Below are positions 30,907 to 43,250 of a stretch of DNA of 64,000 bases, piece by piece. The DNA lies in contig CAVXTU010000004.1 of NCBI GenBank assembly GCA_963764785.1, forward strand, positions 9,379-73,378. Direction: 5' to 3'. The notes under the pieces were generated by a model, which saw nothing but the letters and a program-made list of their open reading frames with translations, was not told the origin of the DNA and ran no database searches. This DNA comes from an uncultured Chloroflexia bacterium (GTDB lineage: Bacteria > Chloroflexota > Limnocylindria > Limnocylindrales > CSP1-4). The first letter of the stretch is position 1; the number at the start of each line of letters is the position of its first letter. Position numbers and translations under genes: made by a program.

Positions 30907-31706
30907 CCGCTCCGATCAGGCTGCTGCTCTCTGACGTGGACGGCACCCTGGTTACGCCGGACAAGGAGCTCACCGAGCGGGCCATCCTCGCCGTGGGCCG
31001 ACTCCATGACGCCGGGATCGCCTTCGCCGTGACCAGCGGCAGGCCACCCCTTGGCATGAGCATGCTCATCGATCCGCTGGAGCTGCGGACGCCGCTGGCC
31101 GCCTTCAACGGCGGGCTCATCGTGGACCGTGAGATGGCGGCCCTGGAGCAGCGCGTCATCCCCGCCGACCAGGTGCAACCCATCATCGCGCAGGTCCGGG
31201 ACGCAGGGCTCGAAGTCTGGGTCTACCAGGGTCCCGACTGGTTCGTGCTTGACCTCGACGGGTCTCACGTGGCTCGCGAGGCCTGGACGGTGGCCTTCTC
31301 ACCGACACAGCTCGGATCATTCGACGATCTCACGCAGGACGTTGTCAAGATCGTCGGTGTCAGCGATGACTACGAACTGGTGGCCGCGACCACCATCAGC
31401 GTCCACGATCGCTTCGGGGACCATGTCGCGGCGTCGAGTACCCAGCCGTACTATCTCGACATCACTCATCCCGATGCCAACAAGGGCGGGGTGGTCCAGT
31501 TCCTCGCCCGGCACCTCGACATCCCCATCGAGGCCATCGCCACCATCGGCGACATGCCCAACGACGTCTTGATGTTCGCCCACTGCGGCCTCAGCGTCGC
31601 GATGGGCAACGCCGACCGCGAAGTCCAGCGCGCAGCCCGCCGGGTCACCAGCGGCAACGACGATGACGGCTTTGCCAACGCCGTGGAGCGCTTCATCCTC
31701 CCCTGA
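30903..31706 (+). CDS. Cof-type HAD-IIB phosphatase
   Basis: [16 protein letters not shown] and [10 protein letters not shown]...GNA motifs. The ATG at 30903 forms an ATGA with the inferred zwf stop. Confidence 0.8.
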   Translation: MTAPIRLLLSDVDGTLVTPDKELTERAILAVGRLHDAGIAFAVTSGRPPLGMSMLIDPLELRTPLAAFNGGLIVDREMAALEQRVIPADQVQPIIAQVRDAGLEVWVYQGPDWFVLDLDGSHVAREAWTVAFSPTQLGSFDDLTQDVVKIVGVSDDYELVAATTISVHDRFGDHVAASSTQPYYLDITHPDANKGGVVQFLARHLDIPIEAIATIGDMPNDVLMFAHCGLSVAMGNADREVQRAARRVTSGNDDDGFANAVERFILP

Positions 31707-31717
31707 GGCGTTCCGAC

Positions 31718-33362
<1,645 letters not shown>

Positions 33363-33380
33363 CGTGGTCGCTCCGCGCTG

Positions 33381-34468
33381 CTAGGCCACGAGCGCACGCG
33401 GTCTGCTCGTCGATGTGCGCCAGCAGGTCGTCCCAGGACTTGACGAACGCCTCGGCGCCGTCACGCTGCAGCTTCGCCGCCAGCGCATCCAGGTCGATGC
33501 CGGCCGGCTGGAACGCCTGCAGCGCGGCTGCGCTGTCGCCACCGTCGGCCGCCAGCGGCTCGCCGATCTCGCCGTGGTCGGCGAGCGCCAGCAGCGTCTT
33601 CTCGGGCATCGTGTTGACGGTGTTCGGCGCCGCCAAGCGCCTGCACGTAGAGCAGTGTCCGACGCCTCGGGATCCTTGGTGCCGGTGCTGGCGAAGAGCA
33701 GGCGCTGCGGGCGGGCGCCCTGGTTCTCGAGCCGCTGCCAGCGGTCGGAGTCGAGCAGCTCGCGGTAGGCCCGGTAGGCCTGCGCGCCGACGGCGACGGC
33801 CGAGCGCGTTGCGCAGGCCGCCGGGCACCTGGTCCTTGACGCCGCACGTCCCAGCGCGACATGAACATCGACGCGACCGAGGCGACCGCAGGGTCCAGAC
33901 CCGTCGCGATGCGTCGCTCGACGCCGCGCAGGTAGGCCTCGGCTGCCGCCACGTAGTGGTCGCGCGGAGAAGAGCAGCGTGACGTTGACCGGCACGCCGG
34001 CGGCGATGGCCTCCTCGATCGCCGGGCAGGCCCTCCGGGTGCCCGGGATCTTGATGAAGAGGTTCGGCCGATCGGCGCGCTCGTGCAGCTCCTTGGCGGC
34101 CTGTGACGGTGGTCTGCGGTGTCGTAGGCCAGCAGCGGCGAAACCTCCAGCGAGACCCAGCCGTCGACGCCGTCGGTGCGGTCGTGGATCGGGCGGAAGA
34201 GGTCGGCGGCGCGGCGCAGGTCGTCGATGGCCAGCTCGAAGAAGAGCTCCTCGCCGGTCGAGGCCCTGCTCGGCCTTCTCGCGGATGGCGTCGTCGTAGC
34301 CGCCGGCCGCGATGGCCTTGTCGAAGATCGACGGATTGGACGTGAGGCCCGGTCACCGAATAGCTCGTCGATGTAGCGCTCCAGCTGCCCTGAGTCGAGC
34401 ATCTCGCGGGTGATGTTGTCGAGCCAGATGCTCTGTCCAAGTTGGTGGAGGTCTCCGGTGGCCTTCAT
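33381..34468 (-). pseudogene. tal: transaldolase (actinobacterial long type), about 13 frame changes
   Basis: The ATG at 34468 follows aaggagacg. Segments [59 protein letters not shown] and [14 protein letters not shown] alternate between the frames of ORFs 33461-34504, 32698-34440 and 33381-33995. Length is 1088 nt; correcting for a net 11 extra bases gives 1077 nt, or 359 codons. Confidence 0.88.
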
Positions 34469-34617
34469 CGTGGTCGTCTCCTTGCCTGGTACCGCGTATT
34501 CCACGGCGACCCGTTTGCGTCCGGTTGTGTCTGCTCCTGGGGGACCAGCCGATGCTAGCTCACCACAGGCCGGATTGACTATCCTCTATCCTTATCGCAC
34601 CGGATGGAGAGGGGTTC

Positions 34618-35590
34618 ATGGCGACGACTGCAAGATTGACCGCGGGCGTCGATCTCGGCGGCACCAAGATCCAGACGGTCGTGCTGCGCTCAGGCAAGGT
34701 GGTGGGCCAGTCCCGGCGTACCCACGCCGCAGTCCGGGCGGGCCGCGCGACGTCATCGAGGCCATCGCCGGCACCGTGCGGGAGTCGCTCGCCGAGGCCG
34801 GAAAGCCGGGGACGCTCGGTCGCGTCGGCATCGGCACGCCTGGCGAGATCGACGCAGGCTGCCGGAGTCGTCTCGCTGGCCGCCAACGTACCCGGGTTCT
34901 CGGGCCGGGTGTCCCTCGGGCCCAGGCTCTCCAAGGCGCTCGATGGCATCGAGGTCGTCATCGACAACGACGTACGCGTCGCCGTCCGCGGCGAGCACGT
35001 CGCGCGGTGCCGGCCGCCCATATCGGAACATGCTGGGAGTCTGGGTCGGCACCGGTGTCGGCGGTGGCCTCGTCGTCGATGGCGAGCTGCACGGTGGTCG
35101 TGGCGCCGCGGGAGAGATCGGCCACCTCGTGGTCCAGCCGGGCGGTCGTCGATGCGGCTGTGGGCGCCGTGGCTACCTGGAGGCCTATGCCGGGCGGGCG
35201 CGGCTGGAAGCACGGGCGCGTCGCCTGGTCAAGAAGGGCCAGCGGACGGTCCTCTTCGACATCATGAAGAAGCTCGGGCGAGATCGGCTCAGCTCCGGCG
35301 TGTACGCGCGTGCCCTCAAGAAGGGCGACCCCATGACGAGACCAGCTCATCAAGGACGCAGCTTGGGCGCTCGGCATCGCCCTGGCGTCAGCACAGAACC
35401 TGCTCGACCTGGAGGCCATCGTCGTGGGTGGCGGCCTGGGTGACCGACTCGGCCAGCCCTTCATCGACGCCATCGTCGCCGAGATGACGCCCCACCTGTT
35501 CACGCCGGAACAACCGCCCTGCCGTCGCTACCCACCGAGCTGGGCGACCTCTCGGGTGCGGTCGGTGCGGCCGTCCTCGCCGGCGGCTGA
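34618..35590 (+). pseudogene. glk: ROK-family glucokinase, about 6 frame changes
   Basis: GVDLGGTKI in frame 0, GIGTPGEID in frame 2, [11 protein letters not shown] in frame 0, GTGVGGGLV...GEIGH...[10 protein letters not shown] in frame 1, VVGGGLG in frame 2, and ELGDLSGAVGAAVLAGG-stop in frame 1. Length is 973 nt; a net 4 extra bases gives 969 nt, or 323 codons. Confidence 0.85.
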
Positions 35591-35604
35591 GCAGCCATCG
35601 TTCG

Positions 35605-36252
35605 GTGAGCCACGAGCGAGAGAAGGAAGTTGTCGCCGTCGCCTCAGCCGAACTCGTCGAGGACGGCATGGAGATCGGCCTGGGCACGGGTTCGACCGTG
35701 GCATACCTGCTGCCGGCGCTGGCCGCGCGGAAGCTGGACATCCATTGCGTGGCCACCTCGGTCGAGACCGCCCGAGTGGGTCGCGAGCTGGGCCTCAGGG
35801 TGGATGAGTTCAGCGGTCCTGCCGCGCCGTCAAGACTCGACCTTGCCATCGACGGCGCCGATCAGGTGACGCGTGACGGCTGGCTGGTCAAGGGCGGTGG
35901 CGCGGCGCACACAAGGGAAAAGGCCGTCGCCGCTGCGGCCGACCGCTTCATCGTCATCGTCTCGTCGAACAAGCTGGTGGATCGACTGAGCCCGCCGGTG
36001 CCGCTGGAGCTGCTCGTGTACGGCTTGCATGCGACGCTCGGACGGATCCCCGATATCCGGCTGCGCGATGTACCGCTGAGCCCCGATGGCGGGATCATCG
36101 CGGACTACACCCGCGAGTTCGACGATCCGGCAGCGCTCTCTGCCAGTCTCTCTGCGGCGGTCGGCATCGTAGAGCATGGCCTGTTCCCACCCACCATGGT
36201 CAGTGAGGTGATCGTGGCGCGAGGCGAGAACGTCGAGAGGTTCATGCCGTGA
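35605..36252 (+). CDS. rpiA: ribose-5-phosphate isomerase A
   Basis: GLGTGSTV, AIDGADQV and KGGGAAHTREK motifs. The ORF is intact. Confidence 0.9.
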   Translation: MSHEREKEVVAVASAELVEDGMEIGLGTGSTVAYLLPALAARKLDIHCVATSVETARVGRELGLRVDEFSGPAAPSRLDLAIDGADQVTRDGWLVKGGGAAHTREKAVAAAADRFIVIVSSNKLVDRLSPPVPLELLVYGLHATLGRIPDIRLRDVPLSPDGGIIADYTREFDDPAALSASLSAAVGIVEHGLFPPTMVSEVIVARGENVERFMP

Positions 36253-36286
36253 GCCGGCTCCGAGCCTGCTGTACTATCCGAACACG

Positions 36287-36736
36287 ATGAGCGAAGCCAC
36301 GACGGACAAGGCCGACCCGGAGATGAACGAGGACCCGTCCCGGACGGACGGTGAGCCACCGGCTGTGGACGACGCTGAGCCGTCCCTGGTCGAACCGACG
36401 GAGTCCGAGATCGAGGCGTGGGCCGAGCATGAGCACGAGCGGCGCCGAGCATGGCTCGAGGGACCCACGGCGATGGAGCGTGCCGATTGGGCACGCCGTG
36501 AACGCGACCGCCGGCTGGCCGACCTGGAGCCTGAGGCCCGCATGCGGGAGATGGCACGCCTCGGCAAGCGATACGGGCGTGAGACGCAGTTGGCTGCCGA
36601 AGGCGCCATGAGCCTCCTGTGGACATGGTCCCGGAGGACCTTCGCGGAGTTCGCGCGAGCCGGTCTGGAGTGGGAGGAAGAAGCTGCTCGCTCGCCCAGA
36701 CGCCGCCGCATCCGGCTCGATGAAGAGGACCGTTGA
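36287..36736 (+). CDS. hypothetical highly charged protein
   Basis: A 149-aa ORF with an acidic N-terminus and Arg/Glu-rich helices, lying between rpiA and the ABC1 kinase on the same strand. No family recognised. Confidence 0.5.
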   Translation: MSEATTDKADPEMNEDPSRTDGEPPAVDDAEPSLVEPTESEIEAWAEHEHERRRAWLEGPTAMERADWARRERDRRLADLEPEARMREMARLGKRYGRETQLAAEGAMSLLWTWSRRTFAEFARAGLEWEEEAARSPRRRRIRLDEEDR

Positions 36737-36757
36737 TCCTGGCCGACTGATCGCTCG

Positions 36758-38461
36758 GTGAGCCTGTTCAGACACCCTCGACGCGTCTGGCAAGTCATCG
36801 TTATGGTCGTCCAGTTGTTCCTGGCCCCGCGGCTGCGGCTGGGTCGATACGTGGACGTGGACCCACCGGTCCGCCTGCGACTGGCGCTGGAGCGCCTCGG
36901 GGGCGCCTGGGTCAAGCTCGGCCAGATGCTCGCGATGCGGCTGGACATCCTGCCAGCTGCGTACTGCGACGAGCTGTTCAAGCTCCTCGACCGGGTGGAG
37001 CCGTTCAGCTACGACCACGTCCGGGACATCATCGCCCGCGAGCTGGGCGACGTCCCCGAGGTCGTGTTCCAGTCGTTCGATACGGAGTCCTTCGCGGCCG
37101 CCTCTATCGGCCAAGTACACCGGGCCACCCTGCCCACCGGCGAACGCGTCGCGGTGAAGGTGCAGCGACCGGGCATCGCGCAGGCGCTCGAAGCCGATAT
37201 CAGCCTCATGTATGCGGTGGCACGCGTGCTCGACTGGACGCACCTGGGCGGCGCCACCCGGACACGCCAGATCATCGACGAATTCGCCAGGTGGACCGTC
37301 GACGAGCTCGACTACCTCGTGGAGGCTCGGCAGGCCATCCTGATGTACGAGCACGCCCAGGGTGAACCCCTCGAACGGATCGCGCGCGTGTATCGACGCT
37401 ACTCCACGTCCCGCGTCCTCACGGCCGAGCTCATCGAGGGCATCCCGATGGTCGACATCATGATCGCCGTCCGCGACGAGAACGAAGCGTACCTCGCGGG
37501 ACTGGCGGCGGCCGGCCACGACCTGGAGCGCATCGTCCTGCACCTCGACTGGAACATGCTCAACCAGGTGTATGTGTTCGGCTACTTCCACGCCGACCTG
37601 CACCCGGCCAACCTGTATGTGCTCGACGACGACGTCATCGCCTACGTCGACTTCGGCATCGTGGGCCGGCTGGCCGACCGCGTCCGCAGCTCCCTGACAC
37701 GCTACAGCCGACTACTCTTCAGTGCCGACGTCGATGCGGCGATCGATGAGCTCCTCCGATGGCTCCCGCCCAGCTCCACATCAGACGCATCCGCCGCCCG
37801 GCGCCAGCTCATCCGGGACCATGAGGCATTCCTCTACGAGACCGCAGGCAGCCGGGGCACGGCTGCGCAGGCCGAGGCAGGTCCCCCACTGGGACGATTG
37901 GGCAACCCGTACCTGCGCCTTGCGGTGAACATCATGAAGACCGTACGGATCCATCAGCTGAACCTCTCGGCGAACGTGCTGGCCTACCTGCGCATGCTGG
38001 TCATGCTGGGCATCCTGCGCCACCAGCTTGCGCGCGATTACGACGTGGCCACCACCGCCCAGCGCTTCTTCCGGGAACTCACCCGGCAACAGACCATCGA
38101 GTGGCTGGATCCGCGACTGAATCTGCAACGCATGCAGGCCGGCGCCGAGCGTGTCAGTCGGGCCATCGAGTTCGTCGAGTTCCTCGAGACCCAGGAACCG
38201 GCGATCAGGACCGCGACGACATCGTTGATCGGGATCCGGGCACGGATCCGTGCGGGGCGCCGTCGGCTGGTCAGGTTGGGCATCGCCACGCTGCTCGCGG
38301 CGGCGGCCCTCTACGTGGTGCTTGCCGACTCGGAGGGAACCCGCTCGTGGCTACCCGCAGGGCTGCCCTATGCCTGGGTGCATGGTGGCCTCCTCATCCT
38401 GCTCGTCGTGCTCATCATCACCCTGATCCAGCACGTCCGTCACCTCGATCGGGCCGATTAG
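36758..38461 (+). CDS. ABC1/UbiB-family atypical kinase with C-terminal TM helices
   Basis: LGGAWVKLGQMLAMRLDILP, AAASIGQVHRA, VAVKVQRPG and HADLHPANL motifs. Confidence 0.88.
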   Translation: MSLFRHPRRVWQVIVMVVQLFLAPRLRLGRYVDVDPPVRLRLALERLGGAWVKLGQMLAMRLDILPAAYCDELFKLLDRVEPFSYDHVRDIIARELGDVPEVVFQSFDTESFAAASIGQVHRATLPTGERVAVKVQRPGIAQALEADISLMYAVARVLDWTHLGGATRTRQIIDEFARWTVDELDYLVEARQAILMYEHAQGEPLERIARVYRRYSTSRVLTAELIEGIPMVDIMIAVRDENEAYLAGLAAAGHDLERIVLHLDWNMLNQVYVFGYFHADLHPANLYVLDDDVIAYVDFGIVGRLADRVRSSLTRYSRLLFSADVDAAIDELLRWLPPSSTSDASAARRQLIRDHEAFLYETAGSRGTAAQAEAGPPLGRLGNPYLRLAVNIMKTVRIHQLNLSANVLAYLRMLVMLGILRHQLARDYDVATTAQRFFRELTRQQTIEWLDPRLNLQRMQAGAERVSRAIEFVEFLETQEPAIRTATTSLIGIRARIRAGRRRLVRLGIATLLAAAALYVVLADSEGTRSWLPAGLPYAWVHGGLLILLVVLIITLIQHVRHLDRAD

Positions 38462-38463
38462 CT

Positions 38464-41154
38464 TCAGGCGTCCTGGTCAAGGATGCCGCCCCTGACCAGC
38501 AGGTGCGCGACGAGACCGGTCCAGCCCGTCTGGTGTGAGGCGCCGATACCGGCGCCGGTATCGCCATGGAAGTACTCGTGGAACGGCAGCAGATCACGCC
38601 ATTCAGGGTCGTCGCCGAGCTTGCCGTAGGTCCCGTAGACCGGACGACGACCGTCCGGTCCGGGGACCCAGATGGACACCAGTCGCCGGGAGAGATCACG
38701 CGCAACTTCAAGCAGCCGTTGCTGGTCGCCTGAGCCACTCGGGTGCTCGACCTTGAAATCGTCGCCAAACCAATCGTCCCAGTGGACCAGCGATTCGATG
38801 ACCAGGTAGTTGAGCGGGAACCACACGGGGCCGCGCCAGTTGGAATTGCCGCCGAAGAGACCGGAGCGCGACTCGGCCGGCTCGTAGTCCACGCTCTCCT
38901 CCAGGCCGGCGATGTTGACCAGGAAGGGCCGGTCACGATGTCGTTGCGACAGCGCCCGCAGGCCGTGCGATGACAGGAATTCGTCTTCCGAGAGCAACTC
39001 GCCGAGGATCCGCTCCAGGCGGGCGGCTGAGACGATACTGAGCAGCCGGGCGGCGCTGCCCGGACGGGACTGGATGCTCATGGAACGCTCGAACGAGTCG
39101 CGCGAGAGACCATGTCCGGCCAGGAAGCGAGCGAAATGCTTGCCCAGCGTCACGCTGCGACGCACACCGTCCTCGGGGATGAAGGCAGCCGGAAGCAGCG
39201 GGATGATGCCGACCATCGAGTGCACCTTCATGGGGATGGTGTTGCCGTCAGCGTCGCGCAGCTTGTCGAAGTAGAAACCCTCGTCCTCGTCCCACAATCC
39301 GCGCTTGTCCATGGCCCGTGTGATGCGCACAGCATGCTCGAGGAACGTCACCATCAGGTCGTCGTACGTCGAATCCTGTTCGGCCAGCGTGTAGGCGATC
39401 CGTAGCATCGAGATCGAGTAGAAGGACATCCACGCCGTGGCGTCCGACTGCTCGAGCTGGCTCCCGGCCGGTACGTGCGAGCGGTCGAAGGCCCCGATGT
39501 TGTCAAGCCCCAGGAACCCACCGCCGAAGATGTCGTCGCCCGCGACGTCCTCCTGGTTGAGCCACCACGTGAAGTTGAGCAGGAGCTTGTGGAAGATGCG
39601 CTCCAGGAAGTCGTGGTCGCGGCTGCCGTCGATCTCGAAGACCCGCAGGGCCGCCCAGGCGTGGACCGGCGGGTTGACATCGTCGAAGTTCCACTCGTAG
39701 GCGGGCAGGGCGCCACTGGGATGCTGGAACCATTCACGGCAGAGCAGGAGCAGCTGGTACTTGGCGAAGGCGGGGTCCAGATGGGCCAGCGTCACCGAAT
39801 GGAATGCAAGGTCCCAGGCCGCGAACCACGGATACTCCCAGCTGTCCGGCATCGACAGGATGTCCGCGGCATCCATGTGGCGCCACCGCGCATTACGTCC
39901 GGTCTTGCGCTCATCGGGAGGAGGCGGCTGACCAGGATCTCCATCGATCCAGCGCGGCAAGTCATAGCCGTAGTACTGCTTGCACCACAGCATGCCAGCG
40001 AAGGCCTGGCGCATGATGCGCGACTCCTCAGGAGTGGCGTCCGGTCGGTCCAGCGCGGCATAGAATTCGTCGGCCTCGCGCTCTCGGGCATCTATCGTCT
40101 GGGTGAATTCCGCGCCCAGTGGATCGCCGGCCCTGGGGCTGCTGCCGCTGGACTGCCGGAGACGCAGCCGCAATTCGATGGTCTGCCCTGGCTGGACGGT
40201 GGCACGGTACCAGGCAGCTGCCTTCGTGCCGACCTGGTCGGGATTGACGGTATCGGCGCCGCCGATGACGTGGTCGTTGATGCCGTCCTTCGGATACGCC
40301 GTCCTGGGCTCTTCGCCGTACAGCCGCTGGACATTGGTGTCGTTCCCACAGAAGAGCAGCGTCGGTGATTCGCCATCCGGACCCGGGCCGACGAGGAGCT
40401 CGAAGTCGCCGAGGACGGGATGGCTTGCCTCGATCCGTGCCGCGCCGTCCGCAGCCACGGACAGGACCGGCCTGGGGGCATCAGGCTCGTACGACCAGGT
40501 GTTGCGGAACCACAGCGTGGGCAGCACATGGATCTCGTCGACCTCGGGCCCGGCGTTCCTGACCGTGATGCGCATGACGATGTCGTCGGGGTCGGCCTTG
40601 GCGTAGTGGACTTCGGTGATCCAGTAGTGATCGTCATCGAAGATACCGGTGTCGATGAGCTCGTACTCGCGGTCATCCTTGCCGCGCCGCGCGTTCTCGC
40701 TGATGAGATCCTCGTACGGGAAGGCCGCCTGCGCGTAGTGGTAGCGCCAGCGCAACCAGGCGCTGCTGGGCAGGGCGTCGAGGTACCACCAGTATTCCTT
40801 GGCGTCCTCGCCATGATTGCCCTCGGCGTTGGCGAGCCCGAAGATGCGCTCCTTGAGGATGGGGTCGCGGCCATTCCAGAAGGCGACGGCCAGGTTCAGC
40901 CGGTTGAAGACATCCGAGATGCCGGCAAGGCCGTCCTCGTTCCAGCGATAGGCCCGGGAGCGTGCGTGGTCGTGGGGGAACGACGCCCAGGCGTCCCCAC
41001 CCGTGCTGTAGTCCTCCCGCACCGATCCCCAGGCCCGCTCTGCAAGGTAGGGCCCCCAGCGATACCAGGGTCCGGCCTCGACCAGCCCTTCTTCGGGGGG
41101 ACCGACCGTCCGCATCCGTTCACCTTCGGCGCCACCCACTTCGGTATCGGTCAT
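38464..41154 (-). CDS. GH63-like six-hairpin glucosidase family protein (MGH/GgH-type, about 896 aa)
   Basis: WYRWGPYLAERAWGSVREDYS, HDHARSRAYRWNEDG and YEWNFDDVNPPVHAW resemble the bacterial GH63/MGH1-like family. The ORF is open to 41787, but that part overlaps glgX. The ATG at 41154 overlaps the glgX stop (ATGA). Confidence 0.78.
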   Translation of the reverse strand: MTDTEVGGAEGERMRTVGPPEEGLVEAGPWYRWGPYLAERAWGSVREDYSTGGDAWASFPHDHARSRAYRWNEDGLAGISDVFNRLNLAVAFWNGRDPILKERIFGLANAEGNHGEDAKEYWWYLDALPSSAWLRWRYHYAQAAFPYEDLISENARRGKDDREYELIDTGIFDDDHYWITEVHYAKADPDDIVMRITVRNAGPEVDEIHVLPTLWFRNTWSYEPDAPRPVLSVAADGAARIEASHPVLGDFELLVGPGPDGESPTLLFCGNDTNVQRLYGEEPRTAYPKDGINDHVIGGADTVNPDQVGTKAAAWYRATVQPGQTIELRLRLRQSSGSSPRAGDPLGAEFTQTIDAREREADEFYAALDRPDATPEESRIMRQAFAGMLWCKQYYGYDLPRWIDGDPGQPPPPDERKTGRNARWRHMDAADILSMPDSWEYPWFAAWDLAFHSVTLAHLDPAFAKYQLLLLCREWFQHPSGALPAYEWNFDDVNPPVHAWAALRVFEIDGSRDHDFLERIFHKLLLNFTWWLNQEDVAGDDIFGGGFLGLDNIGAFDRSHVPAGSQLEQSDATAWMSFYSISMLRIAYTLAEQDSTYDDLMVTFLEHAVRITRAMDKRGLWDEDEGFYFDKLRDADGNTIPMKVHSMVGIIPLLPAAFIPEDGVRRSVTLGKHFARFLAGHGLSRDSFERSMSIQSRPGSAARLLSIVSAARLERILGELLSEDEFLSSHGLRALSQRHRDRPFLVNIAGLEESVDYEPAESRSGLFGGNSNWRGPVWFPLNYLVIESLVHWDDWFGDDFKVEHPSGSGDQQRLLEVARDLSRRLVSIWVPGPDGRRPVYGTYGKLGDDPEWRDLLPFHEYFHGDTGAGIGASHQTGWTGLVAHLLVRGGILDQDA

Positions 41155-43226
41155 GTTGGTCGTCCTTCTGGTGGGCGGGTGGCCAGGCAGACCACGGAAC
41201 GCGGTCCGACCCGATAGTCGGCCGCAGGGATGTCTGCGGCGAGAGCGTACTCCGTGACGGCGTCCTGGGCGTCCAGGCTGGTATCCAGGATCCGACGCCA
41301 GGGGGACCAGCCATCGGGTGCCTGGGGCAGCTCGAAGTCGAGGCTCTGCCACCAGGCACTGGCGATGATGTGCAGGCGCCCGGCATCCGTGTGGAGCGTG
41401 AGGGCGATAGAGCGTGAATCCAGTCCCAGGTCGGGATGGCCCACGCGCACCCCACTCCACTCGACGCGGGCCTCGGCCAGCAGCTCGGACAACGACCGGC
41501 CTTCCACGGCAGCCAGCAGGCCGTCGACGCGACGCCGCAGGCTGATGAGGCGGCTGCTGAAGTCCAGCAGGTCGGCGTGGCGCTCGGGGAGCGACCAGTC
41601 GAACCAGGCGGTCTCGTCGTCGTGGCAGTAGCCATTGTTGTTGCCGCCCTGGGAGCGACGCACTTCGTCTCCCATCTGCAGCATGGGTACGCCCAACGAG
41701 AGGAACGTCAGAGCCAGGAAGTTGCGGACCTGGCGAGCTCGCAGGCGCTCCACCTCGGGATCGGCCGAAGGCCCGTCCACACCACAATCCCAGCTGCGAT
41801 CGTCATCACTGCCGTCGCGGCCGCCTTCGCCGTTGGCCTCGTTGCGTTTCCGTGCGTAGGTCACCAGGTCGTTGAGCGTCATACCATCGTGACAGGCGAC
41901 GAAGTTGATGCTGCGGGCCGGCTCGTTCTGTCGAGCCGCATAGATGTCGGGGCTGCCCACCAACCGCTGGGCCACCCGCCCGGCGTAGCCAGCATCACTC
42001 TTGACGAACGAGCGCACGTCGTCGCGGAACCGCCCATTCCACTCGCTCCAGCGCTGGCCCGCGAAGTCACCGACCTGGTACAGGCCACCCGCGTCCCAGG
42101 CCTCGGCGATCAGCTTGGTCCCGGCCAGGACCGGGTCAGCTTCGATGTCTCTGATCAGCGGAGCGTCGCTGCTGGGCCGGCCACCCAGACCACGCGACAG
42201 GGCCGCCGCCAGGTCGAATCGGAAACCGTCGACGTGCATGACCGAGACCCAGTAGCGCAGGCTGTCAAGGACCATCCGACGCACGATCGGGTGGCCCGCA
42301 TCGAGCGTGTTGCCGCAGCCGCTGTCGTCGACGTAGCTACCGTCAGCCTCGTGCGAGTAGTAGGCGCTATCGGCGAGGCCCCGCCAGCAGAACGTCGGGC
42401 CGTCGGCGCCGCCCTCGGCGGTATGGTTGAAGACGACATCGAGGATGACCTCGATCCCGGCGCGATGGTAGGCCTTGACCATGTCGCGGAATTCGTCGGC
42501 GGCTGCCTGGGCACCGCGGCGACTGGCGTACGCAGCGTGCGGCGCGAAGAAGGACACGGTCTGGTAGCCCCAGTAGTTGACGAGACCTGGCGGCGCTGCC
42601 AGCGCATCGAATTGGTGCACAGGCAGCAGCTCGATGGCGGTGATGCCCAGGCGCGCCAGGTATGGGATGCGCGTGATGAGGCCGCGGTAGGTACCGCGTT
42701 CGGCGGGCGTCACGCCCGAATTGGGGTTCGCCGTCATACCGCGGACGTGGGCCTCATAGATGACGCTCTCTCGAAGCGGCCGCTCCAGCGGCCGGTCGCC
42801 CTCCCAGTCGTAGGTGTCAGTGTCGATCAGGACGCTCTTGAGTGAGCGAGCGACCTGCCCGGGACCCGGTGGCCCTGTTTCGCGCCGATATCCGGCTGGG
42901 ACCACCACGCCGCGGCCATATGGATCGATGAGCACACCACCAGACCCGTTCGTCGAGCCCGGCGCGGGGCCACCGTGACCTACCACGCGGTAGCCGTAGA
43001 CCTGTCCGGCCGCCAGGCCCGGCACGAAGATGTGCCACCACGGACCGGTTCGGTCCTGACCGCGATCTTGGCTGATGACGCCGGCAGGCTGATCGTCCTC
43101 CGGGCCGGCGAAGAGCAGCAGTTCGACCGACGCAGCGTCCGGCGCATAGACGCTGAAGCCCGCTCCGGAATCGGTCAGGGTGGGCCCGATCGGCGCGGCC
43201 GACCACGGCTGGGGCGGCATCACCAC
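41151..43226 (-). CDS. glgX: glycogen debranching enzyme GlgX (GH13)
   Basis: An N-terminal CBM48-like part, YWGYQTVSFFAP, VILDVVFNHT, GFRFDLA and EAWD motifs. Confidence 0.92.
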   Translation of the reverse strand: MVMPPQPWSAAPIGPTLTDSGAGFSVYAPDAASVELLLFAGPEDDQPAGVISQDRGQDRTGPWWHIFVPGLAAGQVYGYRVVGHGGPAPGSTNGSGGVLIDPYGRGVVVPAGYRRETGPPGPGQVARSLKSVLIDTDTYDWEGDRPLERPLRESVIYEAHVRGMTANPNSGVTPAERGTYRGLITRIPYLARLGITAIELLPVHQFDALAAPPGLVNYWGYQTVSFFAPHAAYASRRGAQAAADEFRDMVKAYHRAGIEVILDVVFNHTAEGGADGPTFCWRGLADSAYYSHEADGSYVDDSGCGNTLDAGHPIVRRMVLDSLRYWVSVMHVDGFRFDLAAALSRGLGGRPSSDAPLIRDIEADPVLAGTKLIAEAWDAGGLYQVGDFAGQRWSEWNGRFRDDVRSFVKSDAGYAGRVAQRLVGSPDIYAARQNEPARSINFVACHDGMTLNDLVTYARKRNEANGEGGRDGSDDDRSWDCGVDGPSADPEVERLRARQVRNFLALTFLSLGVPMLQMGDEVRRSQGGNNNGYCHDDETAWFDWSLPERHADLLDFSSRLISLRRRVDGLLAAVEGRSLSELLAEARVEWSGVRVGHPDLGLDSRSIALTLHTDAGRLHIIASAWWQSLDFELPQAPDGWSPWRRILDTSLDAQDAVTEYALAADIPAADYRVGPRSVVCLATRPPEGRPT

Positions 43227-43250
43227 GGGATCCTGTGGCCGCGGCGCCGA

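Noticed and set aside
41155-41787. N-terminal 211-aa extension of the GH63-like ORF (1107-aa ORF)
   Set aside because: The extension is R/P/G-rich, lies entirely inside the glgX coding region in another frame, and the conserved family N-terminus begins at the ATG at 41154.
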